In this document: positions 1 through 12,535 of the stretch, in pieces
Layout: the number at the start of each line of letters is the position of its first letter
Position numbering within the stretch: the stretch's first letter is position 1
DNA from: Macrostomum hystrix
Taxonomy: Eukaryota > Animalia > Platyhelminthes
DNA length: 64,000 bases
Direction: 5' to 3'
Assembly: GCA_950097015.1 (NCBI GenBank)
Contig: CATNEN010000015.1
Coordinates: 558,001 to 622,000 of the forward strand
Notes under the pieces: generated by a model
What the model was told of the DNA's origin: nothing
Databases searched by the model: none
The model's input: only the letters and a program-made list of their open reading frames with translations
Position numbers and translations under genes: made by a program

Positions 1-1681
1 GCACACTTTAAAACGATAAAAATAGTGAAAAAAATATTTTTTTTGTTAATGCCTTCTCGGTACATAATTTTGAGAATGACCCAAATATTTGAATTATTTT
101 TTTAGTTTCTACAATTTTATGTCCTTCTCGTAATTGTTTCTTATAAATTTTTGTGTACTTGTACTACGTCATAGTAATAAAAAACTTGCAATATAAAACT
201 GTAAAGGTGTATATATGACAAGTGATAATTGATGTTCTATCTAGGGTGCATTAAAATATAGAGACTTAAGTAAGTATATCGAAAGTATATAGTTTTAGTT
301 TTAGTTTTAGTATATTGTTTTCTTTCTTAAAGAATTATTTAATTTTAAATTGACTTATAGGATGTAGTTTCATTTACAGTTACCATAGTTTTTCTATTCC
401 AACATCTTAAACTGGCTTAAATATGTTTCATTTATATTATCAGTTTTCCTTATAAGTTTACTTTTCAGTTTGTCTAGCAATTTTACCTTTACTTCACATC
501 CATTTCTAGGGGTTTCAAAAGTAATTATTAGATTTTTATCAATAAAAAGATCAATAATAAAATTATATGTATATTTTATATATCAATTGTATATATATAT
601 TAAAGCAATAGCAAGTAAGCAACAACACATTAAATCAAATATACTTTTAATAAACTTTATGCTACAATGTTCACAAACATGTTGGCCTATTATGTTTTGG
701 CCAAAGTTAATAAAAACCACTTTCTTCCATCTACAACCACTTTCTATGGAATTGCTTTCGTATCACACGATGACCAAACTTTGTGGCATAGGGAATTACG
801 AATTTTTGAAGAAAATGTTTGTTAGTTGTTTTTGGTGGGAGAATGGCAAATAAATAGGATTAAACTTCAATGGAGTCAATGGTACCTATTGAATATTACT
901 CATATTTATAATTATATGGCCTTTAGCCTAAAGGCTTTTGTAGGGACCCAAATATATACAAATACCACACTAAGTGGGAAATGGTGACTGATGGGTTTTG
1001 GTTCAGGTAAATTCAGTGTGAATAATAAATATGCTTTTACTTCAACAGAGGCATAGGGACCTATTGAATATAAAAACTATTTCTTATAGGGTGAGCCTAA
1101 CTGCCTAAGTACTTTTTGTGGGCATCCTCATATATCTGAATCAGTCACCATGATAACAATGAAAAATGACAGCAACAAGTTGTATTCTTGCAATAAAGCT
1201 CTTTTTTTCATCAAATAAGGTAAATCAAGCTAGTTTTTACTTTCTTTTTCATACAAACTATGAGCAAACTTGCAATGGTTACTTAACATTTGCACTTTTA
1301 AAGTTCTAGCTTACAGGCAAGCAACAAACTTATAAAAAACAATCAGTCAACAACCCAGGTGACAATAGGTGAAGTTTCAAAATGATTATAAAATCTAGAG
1401 TATTTCCAATCTAAATTTGAATAAATAATTCCAAATATATCTAAATGGTTATTATCCGATTTTGAAACACTCAATCTAAAAAATATATTTTACTAGATCT
1501 GCCACTACACTAAAAAGCAGATGATTTTTTAGCACAAACTATCTTTGACCGTAGCTCCAGTAGATGCTATTTTTGTTTCTAAAAAAGTCATGGCTAATAA
1601 AATATGTTTAAGTGATTAATGTAATTTGTACTTCATTTAATTTTATTAACAAATAATAAAAAGGCTTCCTGAATTCATCAG

Positions 1682-4600
1682 GTGCAAGTCAAACATGTCT
1701 AGCAGTCACCAATTGGTGCAGCCAGACCCAGTCTATAATCAAATAATTGACTATGTCACCAAGGGTGCTGGATCTGGCCTGGCCTATTTAAATCTGGCCA
1801 ATTTTGTGGATCGCTTCGGCTCCAGGCTGGTAGGCACGCCGAGGCTGGAGGCAGCCATAGATCAGATTGTATCCGAGCTGCAGGCATTGGGAGGCCTCAA
1901 GGTATTGCATATGGTTGCTGTTTTATGCACCTAGTTTCTAGTTCAGCAAATCAGTCAATGGTTGCATCATCACCCTCCAGGTGCACACTGAGTCCTTCAG
2001 CTTCGAGAGCTGGGAGCGCGGCCTGGAGATAGCCGAGCTAATCACGCCGCTGTCCAAGCGCCTGCCTATGCTGAGCCTGGGCAGCTCTGTTGGCACAATG
2101 TCCAGCGGCACCGGCATCCTCGAAGCTGATTGTGTTGTTGTTGAAAGCTTCAACGAGCTGGACAGGCTGGGCAAGTCGGCAGTGGCTGGTAAGATTGTGG
2201 TGTACAATCAGCTCTACCAGGGCTATGGCGTCTCTGTACAGTACCGACTGTCCGGGGCCAGCCGGGCCGCCAAGTATGGCGCCGTGGCTGCCCTGATCCG
2301 CTCCGTGACGCCGTTTTCGATTGGCTCGCCGCACACCGGCCAGCAGGAGTACGAGCCTGGCCTTGAGGACAAAATTCCCGCCTGCTGCATCACCGTAGAG
2401 GATGCCGAGCTGATGCACAGAATCTATAAGTGAGTGCCGCCCGCTAACTCACTTCCTCAAGTCTCATTCAGCCAGTCCCTCAGGCTCCAATCAGCCAATC
2501 CCTCAGGCTCCGATCAGCCAATCCCTCAGGCTCCGATCAGACAATCCCTCAGGCTCCGATCAGCCAGTCCCTCAGGCTCCAATCAGCCAATCCCTCAGGC
2601 TCCGATCAGCCAATCCCTCAGGCTCCGATCAGACAATCCCTCAGGCTCCGATCAGCCAGTCCCTCAGGCTCCAATCAGCCAATCCCTCAGGCTCCGATCA
2701 GCCAATCCCTCAGGCTCCAATCAGCCAATCCCTCAGGCTCCAATCAGCCAATCCCTCAGGCTCCAATCAGCCAATCCCTCAGGCTCCAATCAGCCAATCC
2801 CTCAGGCTCCGATCAGCCAGTCCCTCAGGCTCCAATCAGCCAATCCCTCTGGCTCCAATCAGCCAATCCCTCAGGCTCCAATCAGCCAATCCCTCAGGCT
2901 CTAATCCGCCACTTCCTCAATTAGCCGATGCCTCGGGGTTCACTAAAACCAATGTTCTATACCAATGTCGTTGAAGCAGATTTGCTACTGGCAAATTTCC
3001 TCGTAAACAATGTCCTTCAGGCGTGGCGACCAGGTCCGGGTCCGGCTGCAGATGACCTGCAGCTCCGGGGTCACCAAAGAGTCGCGCAACATTGTGGCGG
3101 ATTTGGAGGGCACCGAGCTGCCGCAAGAGTTGGTGGTTGTGTGCGGTCACATCGACTCTTGGGATGTTGGCCAGGTGCGTTCTTTAAGCAATGTCCAATA
3201 TGACTGAGCAACCCTTGGCAGCGGCTGTGCCCAGTGGCGTAGCCTGGATTTTTGTCTAGTTTGGGCTGCGCCTCTTGGGGGCGCCTCTACCAAGCGGCGC
3301 TAACTCACTTGCTCACTTTCTCGGCCCCAATTAGCCAATCACTCAGTCACCCGATGAGGGTGCTATTGAGGGCTCCTACGAGGGGGCCGCACTATCAGGT
3401 GGGGCTCATCGATTTGTCAGCCGATTAGGGGGGCCACGACCCCCCTGGCTGTGCCACTGGCTTTAAATCCTGCCCTACAGGATTGGGTCTTAACTCTATT
3501 GATAATAAATTGGCAATTTGAATTGGCGCCAATTGCAGGGTGCCATGGACGATGGCGGCGGTGCCTTCTGCGCCATGCAGTCGGTGCGCACCCTGCTGGC
3601 CATGGGCCTGCGACCCAAGCGAACCATCCGCCTGGTGCTTTTCTCCGGCGAAGAATTTGGCATTCTGGGCGGCACGGCCTACTATCAGCGGCATAAGGCG
3701 GACCTGGCTGATAAAATCTCCTTCATGCTGGAGTCCGACAGTGGCACCTTCAGGTATGCTGCTGAGCTGCAGTCTGCTGCTAGATTGTTAGAGTGACACC
3801 AGAGACCTCAGACTGAATCCTCAGTATTTAGACCCAAAACACTCAGACCCGAACCCTCAGACCCGAACCCTCAGACCTGAACCCTCAGACCCAAAACACT
3901 CAGACCTGAACCCTCAGACCCGAACCCTCAGACCTGAACCCTCAGACCTGAACCCTAAGACCCGAACCCTCAGACCCAAAACACTCAGACCTGAACCCTC
4001 AGACCCGAACCCTCAGACCTGAACCCTCAGACCTGAACCCTAAGACCCGAACCCTCAGACCCAAAACACTCAGACCCGAACCCTCAGACCCGAACCCTCA
4101 GACCCAAAACACTCAGACCTGAACCCTCAGACCCGAACCCTCAGACCCAAAACACTCAGACCTGAACCCTCAGACCCGAACCCTCAGACCCAAAACACTC
4201 AGACCTGAACCCTCAGACCCGAACCCTCAGACCTGAACCCTCAGACCTGAACCCTAAGACCCGAACCCTCAGACCCTGACCCACACCGCCGAAGGAAGGG
4301 AACCACGTCTGCCGGGCTTCAATGCAGTCTGGCGCCACAGACAGAGCGGCCGGCGCTCAGGTGGCCCCACCCGCGGCGGAGGGGTCGCGATCCTTATCCG
4401 CGAGGGGCTGCGCTACGAGGTGCTGCATGAGCGGCCCTGCGCCCCCGAGGACGTCTCCACCGAGTGGGCCGGCATCCGGGTTTTCCCATCTGAGAAGACG
4501 GTCGAGAGCCTGGACATTCACTACCTGTACGTGCCGCCCATCAGAAACGCCGAAGGCGACGACCGCGTGCAGCGTTTCAACCCCCAGTGGCTCCCGTCAG

Positions 4601-7600
4601 GTGCCAGCACGGTGATCCTGGGGGACCTCAACGCGCACCACCCGGCCTGGGACCCCGAATCGGAAGAGACGGACCTGGGCACGGCCGCCTTTGAATGGTC
4701 CGTTATTTCCGGCATGCGCATCCTGAATGACGGCAGCCACACCCACATGCCGCGCCGCGCCGATGCTCGGCAGACGGCGCCCGACGTCAGCCTGTGCCAC
4801 AAGTCGCTCGCCAGCCGGGCTGAGTGGCAGGTGCGGAGGGACGTCGGATCGGACCACCTGCCGATCAGCGTCATCATTCATAGCAGCCGAGGCGCAGCCA
4901 AGAGAGCGGGCGCCGCCCGGCGGGCCTGGGCCAAAGCGGACTGGGCCGGCTTCCGCGCGCAGACCGAGGAGGCCCTGGCTGGCTGGGACGCCCTGCCGCC
5001 CGCGACGGCCACCGAAGCCAACCGGCTGCTGACCGAGGCCATCATGACGGCCGACAAGGCGTTCATCCCGCGAGGGGCCCGGCCGTCCCCGAAGGCCTGG
5101 TGGACCCCGGAGGTCGAGGACGCCGTGAAGAGCCGTCGGGCCGCGCGGGCCGCCGCCGCTGCCGATCCGAACGAGCGGCCGGCCTGGAACAAGGCCAGCG
5201 CAGACGCCAAGAAGATCATCGCCGACGCCAAGCGCGACAGCTGGAGGGCCTTCGCCGGCGAGGTGGCAGCGGACACAGACCACTCCAAGATCTGGAGAGT
5301 CGTTCGCTCCCTTGACGGCAGAAGCAACAACCTGCAGCGGGATGCAGCGCTCCGTGTGGGCCAGAAGCTCTACGTCCGACCAAAGGACATCGCCGAGGCT
5401 TACGCCAAGGAGTACGCCGCCGTGAGCCGCCTTCCGCAAGACCGCAGGACGCGCATCCTCCGCCGCGAGAACCACCGCAGCCGCGCCGCCGCACAAGCTG
5501 ACAGCCCGGAGGCAGGAGACTTTAGCAAGCAATTCTCGTCTCGCGAGCTGGACAGAGTCCTTCGCTCCCTCCCGGCCAGGAAAGCCCCAGGACCAGACGG
5601 CATCTGTGCCGAGCACCTGCAGCACCTCGGCCCCGCCGGTCGCCGGGCGGCTCTGCACGTGATCAACCAGTCCTGGGCAAAGGGGGAGGTCCCGTCTGCG
5701 TGGCGACGCGCCCACGTCGTGCCGATCCTGAAGAAGGGCCGACGTGATTGGCTCCTACCGGCCGATCGCCCTGACCTCCGCCATGGCCAAGCTGGCCGAG
5801 CGCCTGGTCCAAGCGCGGCTCTACTGGTGGGCCGAGTCCCGGCAGCTGCTGCACCCGGCTCAGGCCGGCTTCCGCAAGCGGCGCTGCACCGAGGACCAGA
5901 TCGCCAGGCTCACCCAGCTCATCAGTGATGGTCACCAGGCCAGCCCTGCCCGGCGGACTGTCGTCGTTCTGTTCGACTTCCGCAGGGCGTACGACACCGT
6001 CTGGAAGCAGGGCCTGCTGCACAAGCTCCACGCCGCGGGCATCCCGGCTGCCGGGGTCCGCTGGCTCAGCAGCTTCCTGGCCGACCGAAGGGCCGCCGTC
6101 AGGGTCGACGGCGCGACGAGCAGCTGGCGGCTCTTCCGCGAGGGCTTACCACAGGGGAGCGTTCTTGCCCCGCTGCTCTTCGCGCTTTTCATTAACGACC
6201 TGCCGGACCAGCTGCCGCCCGACTGCACGCCGCTCCTCTACGCGGACGACCTGGCCATTGCAGTGCAAGGCCTGACTGTGGAGGAGGCCGAGGCGAAAGC
6301 GCAGCGGGCCATCGATGCGACGGCCGAGTGGGCAAACAAGTGGCGGCTGCAGCTGGCGCCGGAGAAGTGCGCCGCATCCCTGTTTTCCACCACCGCAGGT
6401 GAGGCCAGCCGGGAGCTGCGGCTGCAGCTGAACGACGCCCCCCTCGCGACGGACCGCCAGCCCCGGTTTCTCGGCGTCATCCTGGACCGCCGGCTGAGCT
6501 TCACCGCGCACGCCGCCAACGTCGCAGGCCGCGCCCGCGCCCGGTGCGGCGTCCTGGCCGCGCTCTCCGGTAGCAGCTGGGGCGCCAAGCAGACCGACGT
6601 GCGCCGGCTCTACACTGCCTACGTGCGGCCGGTGCTGGAGTACGCGGCCGGCGCCTGGATGCCGTCGGCCTGCAAGACGGCCATTGAGCAGCTGGACCGA
6701 GCCCAGCGCCTGTGCGCGCGCGTCATCACCGGGTGCCCTCGGAACACCAGGTCGGAGGTGCTAGAACGAGAGGCCGGCCTGCCCCCGATGGCGGTCCGCG
6801 CCGAGATGCACGTCGGCCTTCTCCTCGAGCGCGCCCTCAGGCTCCCGCCCGACAACCCGCTGCTCGCCTGCGCGGCCGCCGAAGGCCCACGCCGCCGCCT
6901 CCAGAGCGCCCAAGGCTGGCGGGAAACGGCGACCAGAGTCAGCACCGACGCGGGCCTGAGCGGCTACCCGCGCGAGCCCGTTTGCGCTGTCCCCGCGACG
7001 CCTCCCTGGGCCAACCTGGACACCGTCACCTTTGGTGTGCAGCTGTCCGCCCCCTTCTCCCGGTGCGACCCGCCTGAGGCACGGAGAGCGGCGGCTGAGC
7101 TAACGCTGGCAGGCCTGCCGCCCGCCCGCACGGCCATCTGGACCGACGGAGCGGCAAAGGATGGCGTCTCGGCCGGCGGCAGCGGCGCCCTGGTCGAGCC
7201 CGACACGGCACTGTGCGTCCCAGCCGGTCACGTGACGTCCAGCTTCCACGCTGAGCTGGTGGCCATCGCCGAGGCCCTCCAGTGGGTGTTGGCGGCACCG
7301 GACCCGGCCGAGCTGTCGCCGGTCCGCGTGTGCTCGGACTCCCTGAGTGCGCTGGCTGCGCTCGAGTCCGGCCCCGGCTCGACGGGCGTCACCACTGCCG
7401 ATGCCATCTGGGCCAGCCTCTCCCACCTCGCAGCCGGAGGCGTCGCTGTCCACCTGCAGTGGGTCCCGGGCCACGCGGGCATCCCTGGCAACGAGGCGGT
7501 CGATGCCATTGCCAAGCGCGGCTCCGCGCTGCCGCAGGCTGAGGCCCACATCCCGCTGGCTGCGGCCCAGGCCGCCATTCGCCGCCACTGCCTTGCCCGC

Positions 7601-9140
7601 TGGCACCAGCTGTACCGCGCGGCGGCCGCCGACGCTGCGGGCACGAGCTCGCTGCCCTGGCACGCCGCCTGCACCTCGGGCCACCTGCCGCCTCCTCCGC
7701 CGACTGACCTCTCGCGGCGGCACGAGCGGCTGATCTGCCAGCTGCGCGCCGACCGCTGCCATGCCCTCCGGGGCTTCCAGGCCACGATTGGCGCCCCGGT
7801 GGCCCCCACCTGTCGACTCTGTGGCGAGGGCGACGAGACGGCGGCCCACGTGCTCCTCGCCTGCCCCGCCCTGACCGCCCACCGCTGCCGCCTCTGGGGC
7901 CCCTGCCCGGAGCCCGCTGCGGTCTTTGAATGCTGTGCTTCCGTGCTGGCCCTGCTTGGGAAGGCGGGCATCATCTGATGCCCGGTGCCATGGGCCCTGG
8001 CCCGCGCACGCCCGAAGAAGAAGAAGAAGAAGAAGAAGAAGAACCCTCAGACCCAAAACACTCAGACCCGAACCCTCAGACCCGAACCCTCAGACCCAAA
8101 ACACTCAGACCTGAACCCTCAGACCCGAACCCTCAGACCCGAACCCTCAGAACCAAAACACTCAGACCTGAACCCTCAGACCCGAACCCTCAGACCTGAA
8201 CCCTCAGACCCGAACCCTCAGACCCGAACACTCAGACCCAAAACACTCAGACCTGAACCCTCAGACCCGAACCCTCAGACCTGAACCCTCAGACCTGAAC
8301 CCTAAGACCTGAACCCTCAGACCTGAACCCTCAGACCTGAACCCTCAGACCTGAACCCTCAGACCCGAACCCTCAGACCCGAACCCTCAGACCCGAACCC
8401 TCAGTCCCAAAACACTCAGACCTGAACCCTAAGACCTGAACCCTCAGACCCGAACCCTCAGTCCTGAACCCTCAGACCTGAACCCTCGGACCTGAACCCT
8501 CAGAACTGAACCCTTAGACCTGAACTCTCAGACCTGAACCCTCAGACCTGAATCCTTAGACCTGAACCCTAAGACCTGAACTCTCAGACCTGAACCCTCA
8601 GACCTGAATCCTTAGACCTGAACCCTTAGACCTGAACTCTCAGACCTGAACCCTCAGCCCCATCAGCAATTTCTCGAATTAAGAACCCCGACCAATGTCC
8701 AAAACTGAGCAAACCAAAAAATTCAAGCACCGTCTTCCCTGTTGCCACCCCGCAGTCCATTCGGCACCACCTGCTCCGGCTCCGAAGCCACCCGGTCCGC
8801 CTACCAGCAGGCGCTGAACCTCCTGCAGCCCATCGGCGCCACCACGCTGGTGCCCTCCGTGGACGGGCCGGACATCACCCAGTGGGCCCAGTCGGGCGTG
8901 CCCGTTGGCGACCTGCTGACTAAGCGCCAGGGCCAGCCGGACGATTTCTATTTTTTTTTTCACCACAGCGAAGGCGACATGATGACAGTGCAGGACGCGG
9001 GCGAGATGGACCGCTGCGTGGCCGCCTTCGCCGTGCTGTCTCTGGCGTTGGCCAACGCCACCGGCCTGCTGCCGCGGGGTGGCGCCAGCTCCGGCGACGG
9101 TGAGGACCGCCGGCTGCTCTCCGACTGGGTGCTGGTGTGA
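1682..9140 (+). CDS. CPQ: Carboxypeptidase Q / plasma glutamate carboxypeptidase (M28 metallopeptidase); signal-peptide exon not identified
   Basis: Exons 1682-1901, 1981-2429, 3021-3174, 3539-3753 and 8756-9140 join in frame at GT-AG sites (phases 0,2,0,2). Motifs FGSRLVGT, WERG, GKIVVYNQ, SIGSPHTG, CITVEDAE, GHIDSWDVGQGAMDDGGG, RPKRTIRLVLFSGEE, ESDSGTF and FFFHHSEGD match the CPQ family as recalled. Confidence 0.93.
2470..2900. repeat. Minisatellite, 23-bp unit CCAATCCCTCAGGCTCCAATCAG, in CPQ intron 2
   Basis: About 19 tandem copies between the donor at 2430 and the acceptor at 3020. Confidence 0.95.
3232..3459. mobile_element. MITE-like element with imperfect TIR CAGTGGCGTAGCC / GGCTGTGCCACTG in CPQ intron 3
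   Basis: Ends are inverted repeats (11 of 13 match) resembling hAT-type CAGTGGCGTAGC termini; no clear TSD. Confidence 0.45.
3806..4276. repeat. Minisatellite, 14/15-bp units GAACCCTCAGACCY and CAAAACACTCAGACC; left arm of an array split by a LINE
   Basis: Tandem copies visible; the same units resume at 8041. Confidence 0.95.
4277..5743 (+). pseudogene. LINE ORF, N-terminal part (truncated AP endonuclease, linker, start of RT)
   Basis: The frame of ORF 4420-5928 is open back to the insertion point and has no ATG; RT homology leaves this frame after ILKKG at ~5743. Confidence 0.85.
5744..7978 (+). pseudogene. LINE ORF, C-terminal part (RT, RNase H, CCHC) after a +1 frameshift
   Basis: 744-aa ORF beginning VIGSYRPIALTS and ending LLGKAGII-stop. 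Confidence 0.88.
8041..8659. repeat. Minisatellite right arm, 14/15-bp GAACCCTCAGACCY units
   Basis: Same units as 3806-4276; ends ~100 nt before the CPQ acceptor at 8755. Confidence 0.95.
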
Positions 9141-10449
9141 CCCGCGAATTCTTTCAGGGAATGGGACTGTTGACGATCTGCCCTGTGTACATCGGCCCTG
9201 GCTTTCTCATTGTTAGACAGTGTGTGCACTCTCACTAGAATCTAGAAACTGGGGAGACAAATTCCCGCTAAACCCACATTTATTAAGTATAGTACGAATA
9301 ATCACTATAATACCACAGTACAGTACTAAGTAAGATACAGTACTCCGTACAGGCCTGGCACTCCGAAAGGAAAGACACGAATGCAGCGCTTACCGGTCGG
9401 AACGCAGGATGACAGCAGACTTCGATTTAGTTTATTTGTGCGAGTATTAAATAACTTGAGACTTGAGGCAGTAAGCGGCCGTCTTCACCGATGGAATCTT
9501 AAAGTTCGCAGGAGCGAGCGCGGTTGCCCCGGCACGGGCAGATATTGACAGCAAGGGGGGCAGACAGGGGAGGCGGTGCACAAACAGAGTCAAGCCACCA
9601 GCGCGTAGGGAGGGGTGGACGGGCAAAGCCACGCAGGGCTGATTGGCGGGAGGGGCAAAGCCACGCAGGGCTGGGGTAAGGGTTGGCAGACAGTGCCCGC
9701 GCCCAGCCAATCAGATGGCGGCACAGGGCCCGGGGAGGAGGGAGAGAAAGGGCGAGGCCAAGGCCGAGCCAAACAAACCGGCCTCAAATACAACGGCCTT
9801 GGCAAACAGTCGACCTGAGAAACACAGGCACTACAAAAGTAAACTAAACTACTCGTGGAATGACTTTTTGCAAAACATTAAATTCATAATCGCAAAGTTT
9901 TCTAGCCTAAATCACAAATATTTCCTAATTAGATTTGTTTTATTATCCTTAAGCGTTTTTAATTATGCATGATTTTATCTCCATTCAACTTGTGCCAGAC
10001 TCACTACTGTTCAGTAGTGTAATTTTTTTAACAACGAGTATTTTTTTTCCACGCAAGTCAGATTTAATCAGATCATTAATTAATTTGCTCTGCCTTCCTG
10101 ACCTGTCATTTCTGTCTGCAGGTTTTCATACCGCCAACAGGCCGAGCTGATTCTGACCAATATAGCTTAATGATGGAGTTCAGCTTGCATGCCACAATGG
10201 AACTCAGTTTTGCCACCTTTCTACTGATTGCTATTAACAAATCTCGGCTTAATTCAGGTGCTGGGCATTTTTGATTTCCTGCTGCCACTTGTCCGATTGA
10301 TGGTTTGTTTTATTAAAAATATCTATTGTGATAATTATTTTTTACTGTACCTGCACATTGTTAAATAAACCAATTGATTTTTTTAAATTGCCTATGAGCA
10401 CTTTAATCATGGTTTGTGTTTAATAATTTCAGTTTTTTTATAATGAACA

Positions 10450-10720
10450 GCACTCGATCCGCAATAGCCTTGTGATTCGAGCGTCAGACTACGACTGGGG
10501 AAGGTCCGGGGTTCGATTCGCGTCTCCACGGGAATAAAAAACTATTTGTGTCATTCAGCAAGACACTTAACCTGCATTGCTTCAGTTCACCCAGCTGTTA
10601 AATGGGTTCCAGCATCAGCTGGGGTAATTGAGGGCGGGTGTGGTGTCCCCCCAGTCCATGGACTGAACGCGGCTCGGCTGCGAATATAGAGCTCCCAATC
10701 GCCAAGTATCCACTCCAAAA
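10450..10720 (+). mobile_element. tRNA-derived SINE, family A, with CORE-like central domain
   Basis: A-box-like TAGCCTTGTGATT and B box GGTTCGATTCG, then GCAAGACACTTAACCTGCATTGCTTCAGTTCACCCAGCTGTTAAATGGG resembling the MIR/CORE consensus, then the family tag CAGTCCATGGACTGA. Confidence 0.7.
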
Positions 10721-11133
10721 TATTCTCGTAGTTTTAATCCTAGACTTGGACGTTTCCCTGCAGTGCCGACTTGAAAAGCTGCTTCCGTGTTTCACGATTA
10801 AAACTTTACTAGCATAAACTAACCAGAAGCCCTGAAGTGGCAACAGCTGTCGGTTTGGTACAGAAGAGCTTGTAATGCTTTCTCTTGACTCTTTTTAGCC
10901 TCATAATCGTGAAAATATGAATTAAAAAAATCCTGAACTCTGATTGAAAATCTCCGGTTTAGAGCTGTTACAGTTTTACTAGCATCGCTGTAAAACAGCG
11001 TATATCAAAAGCATATTATCAACTCAAAATTCTCCCACGTAAGTTGTATTTTTCAATGTGTAACTTTGAGCACTGCTATTGATTCATTGAGCACATACAC
11101 TAGCATATGGTTGTGCAGGCATGCTGTGCTCAC

Positions 11134-11999
11134 AGTTCCATAGAGATCTAGTTCCATAGAGATCTAGTTTCATAGAGATCTAGTTCCATAGAGATCAAGT
11201 TCCATGGAGATCAAGTTCCATAGAGATCTAGTTCCGTAGAGATCTAGTTCCATAGAGATCTAGTTCCATAGAGATCTAGTTTCATAGAGACCTAGTTCCA
11301 TAGAGATCTAGTTCCATAGAGATCTAGTTCCATAGAGATCTAGTTCCATAGAGATCTAGTTTCATAGAGATCTAGTTCCATAGAGATCTAGTTCCATAGA
11401 GATCTAGTTCCATAGAGATCTAGTTCCATAGAGATCTAGTTCCATAGAGATCTAGTTCCATAGATATCAAGTTCCATAGAGATCTAGTTCCATAGACATC
11501 TAGTTTCATAGAGATCTAGTTTCATAGAGATCTAGTTCCATAGAGACCTAGTTCCATAGAGATCTAGTTCCATAGAGATCAAGTTCCATAGAGACCTAGT
11601 TCCATAGAGATTTAGTTCCATAGAGATCTAGTTTCATAGAGATCTAGTTTCATAGAGATCAAGTTCCATAGAGATCTAGTTCCATAGAGATCAAGTTCCG
11701 TAGAGATCAAGTTCCATAGAGATCTAGTTCCATAGAGATCTATTTCCATAGAGATCTAGTTCCATAGAGATCAAGTTCCGTAGAGATCTAGTTTCATAGA
11801 GATCTAGTTTCATAGAGATCTAGTTTCATAGAGATCTAGTTCCATAGAGATCAAGTTCCATAGAGATCAAGTTCCATAGAGATCTAGTTCCATAGAGATC
11901 AAGTTCCATAGGGATCTAGTTCCATAGAGATCTAGTTCCATAGAGATCTAGTTCCATAGAGATCTAGTTCCATAGAGATCAAGTTCCGTAGAGATCTAG
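11134..11999. repeat. Minisatellite, 16-bp unit AGTTCCATAGAGATCT
   Basis: About 54 tandem copies with point variants. Confidence 0.97.
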
Positions 12000-12535
12000 A
12001 AGCTTTTGAGTCCTGATGAATGTATTTCTGTATATTGGACTATGTTTATGCAGATTCCTGACAACTGAATGCATATAACAACACCTGGCCAGGTATGCAT
12101 CGCTCAAAGTCGACCAGCTTGAGCAGTCATCCCTCAGTCCTGGGAGCAGCCCGCCAGGTCTTGCTTCAGATTTCAGCCATCATTTGTCTCTGCGTTTCAG
12201 GCGCTTCAAGCTGCCAATACTTGACCAGTTGAGCAAAGCAATTTGAGATCTTGTCCAGAATTCATTTTATGTGAACGAAAATCTGTATCATGATCTTCTA
12301 TAATGCAGATTGACTGTCCATGGACTGAACAGATCAACAGTGGGCATGGTAGTGCCTCAAAGCATTGCCCAAGTTTTGTAAAAGCGTCAGTTCTTTTTCA
12401 GCCCTAGCAACCCTGAAATACAAGAGCGCTATTGAAGGGATCGGCGAACATATTAGCTAGCGGGCCAAAGAGAGAACCTTACAGACGAGGAGAGAGAGAC
12501 AGATCGGAAGAGATTACGCAAAGAAGAGATGGCAG

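Larger units (their letters stand above)
4277..8043 (+). mobile_element. Non-LTR retrotransposon of the I group (Ingi/I/Nimb-like): APE-RT-RNase H-CCHC, 5'-truncated, (GAA)10 tail
   Basis: APE motifs GGVAILIR, GDLNAHH and GSDHLPI; RT motifs KAPGPDG, SYRPIALTS, QAGFRK, FDFRRAYD, GLPQGSVLAP, YADD and PRFLGV; RNase H motifs WTDG, SSFHAEL, CSDSLS and WVPGHAGIPGNEAVD; C-terminal CRLC..H..C; 35-nt 3' UTR then (GAA)n at 8014-8043. Much more GC- and CpG-rich than the flanks. Confidence 0.93.

Noticed and set aside
470-853. 127-aa ORF in AT-rich DNA
   Set aside because: Non-ATG start, low-complexity AT-driven composition, no motif.
4597-8056. Long antisense and alternate-frame ORFs over the LINE
   Set aside because: Shadow ORFs caused by very high GC content.
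9250-9830. GC-rich segment after CPQ with CCAAT boxes and a 21-bp direct repeat (promoter or LTR?)
   Set aside because: No paired LTR, TSD, PBS or linked ORF could be identified.
10455-10525. tRNA gene
   Set aside because: No complete cloverleaf; continues into a SINE body, so it was called a SINE head.
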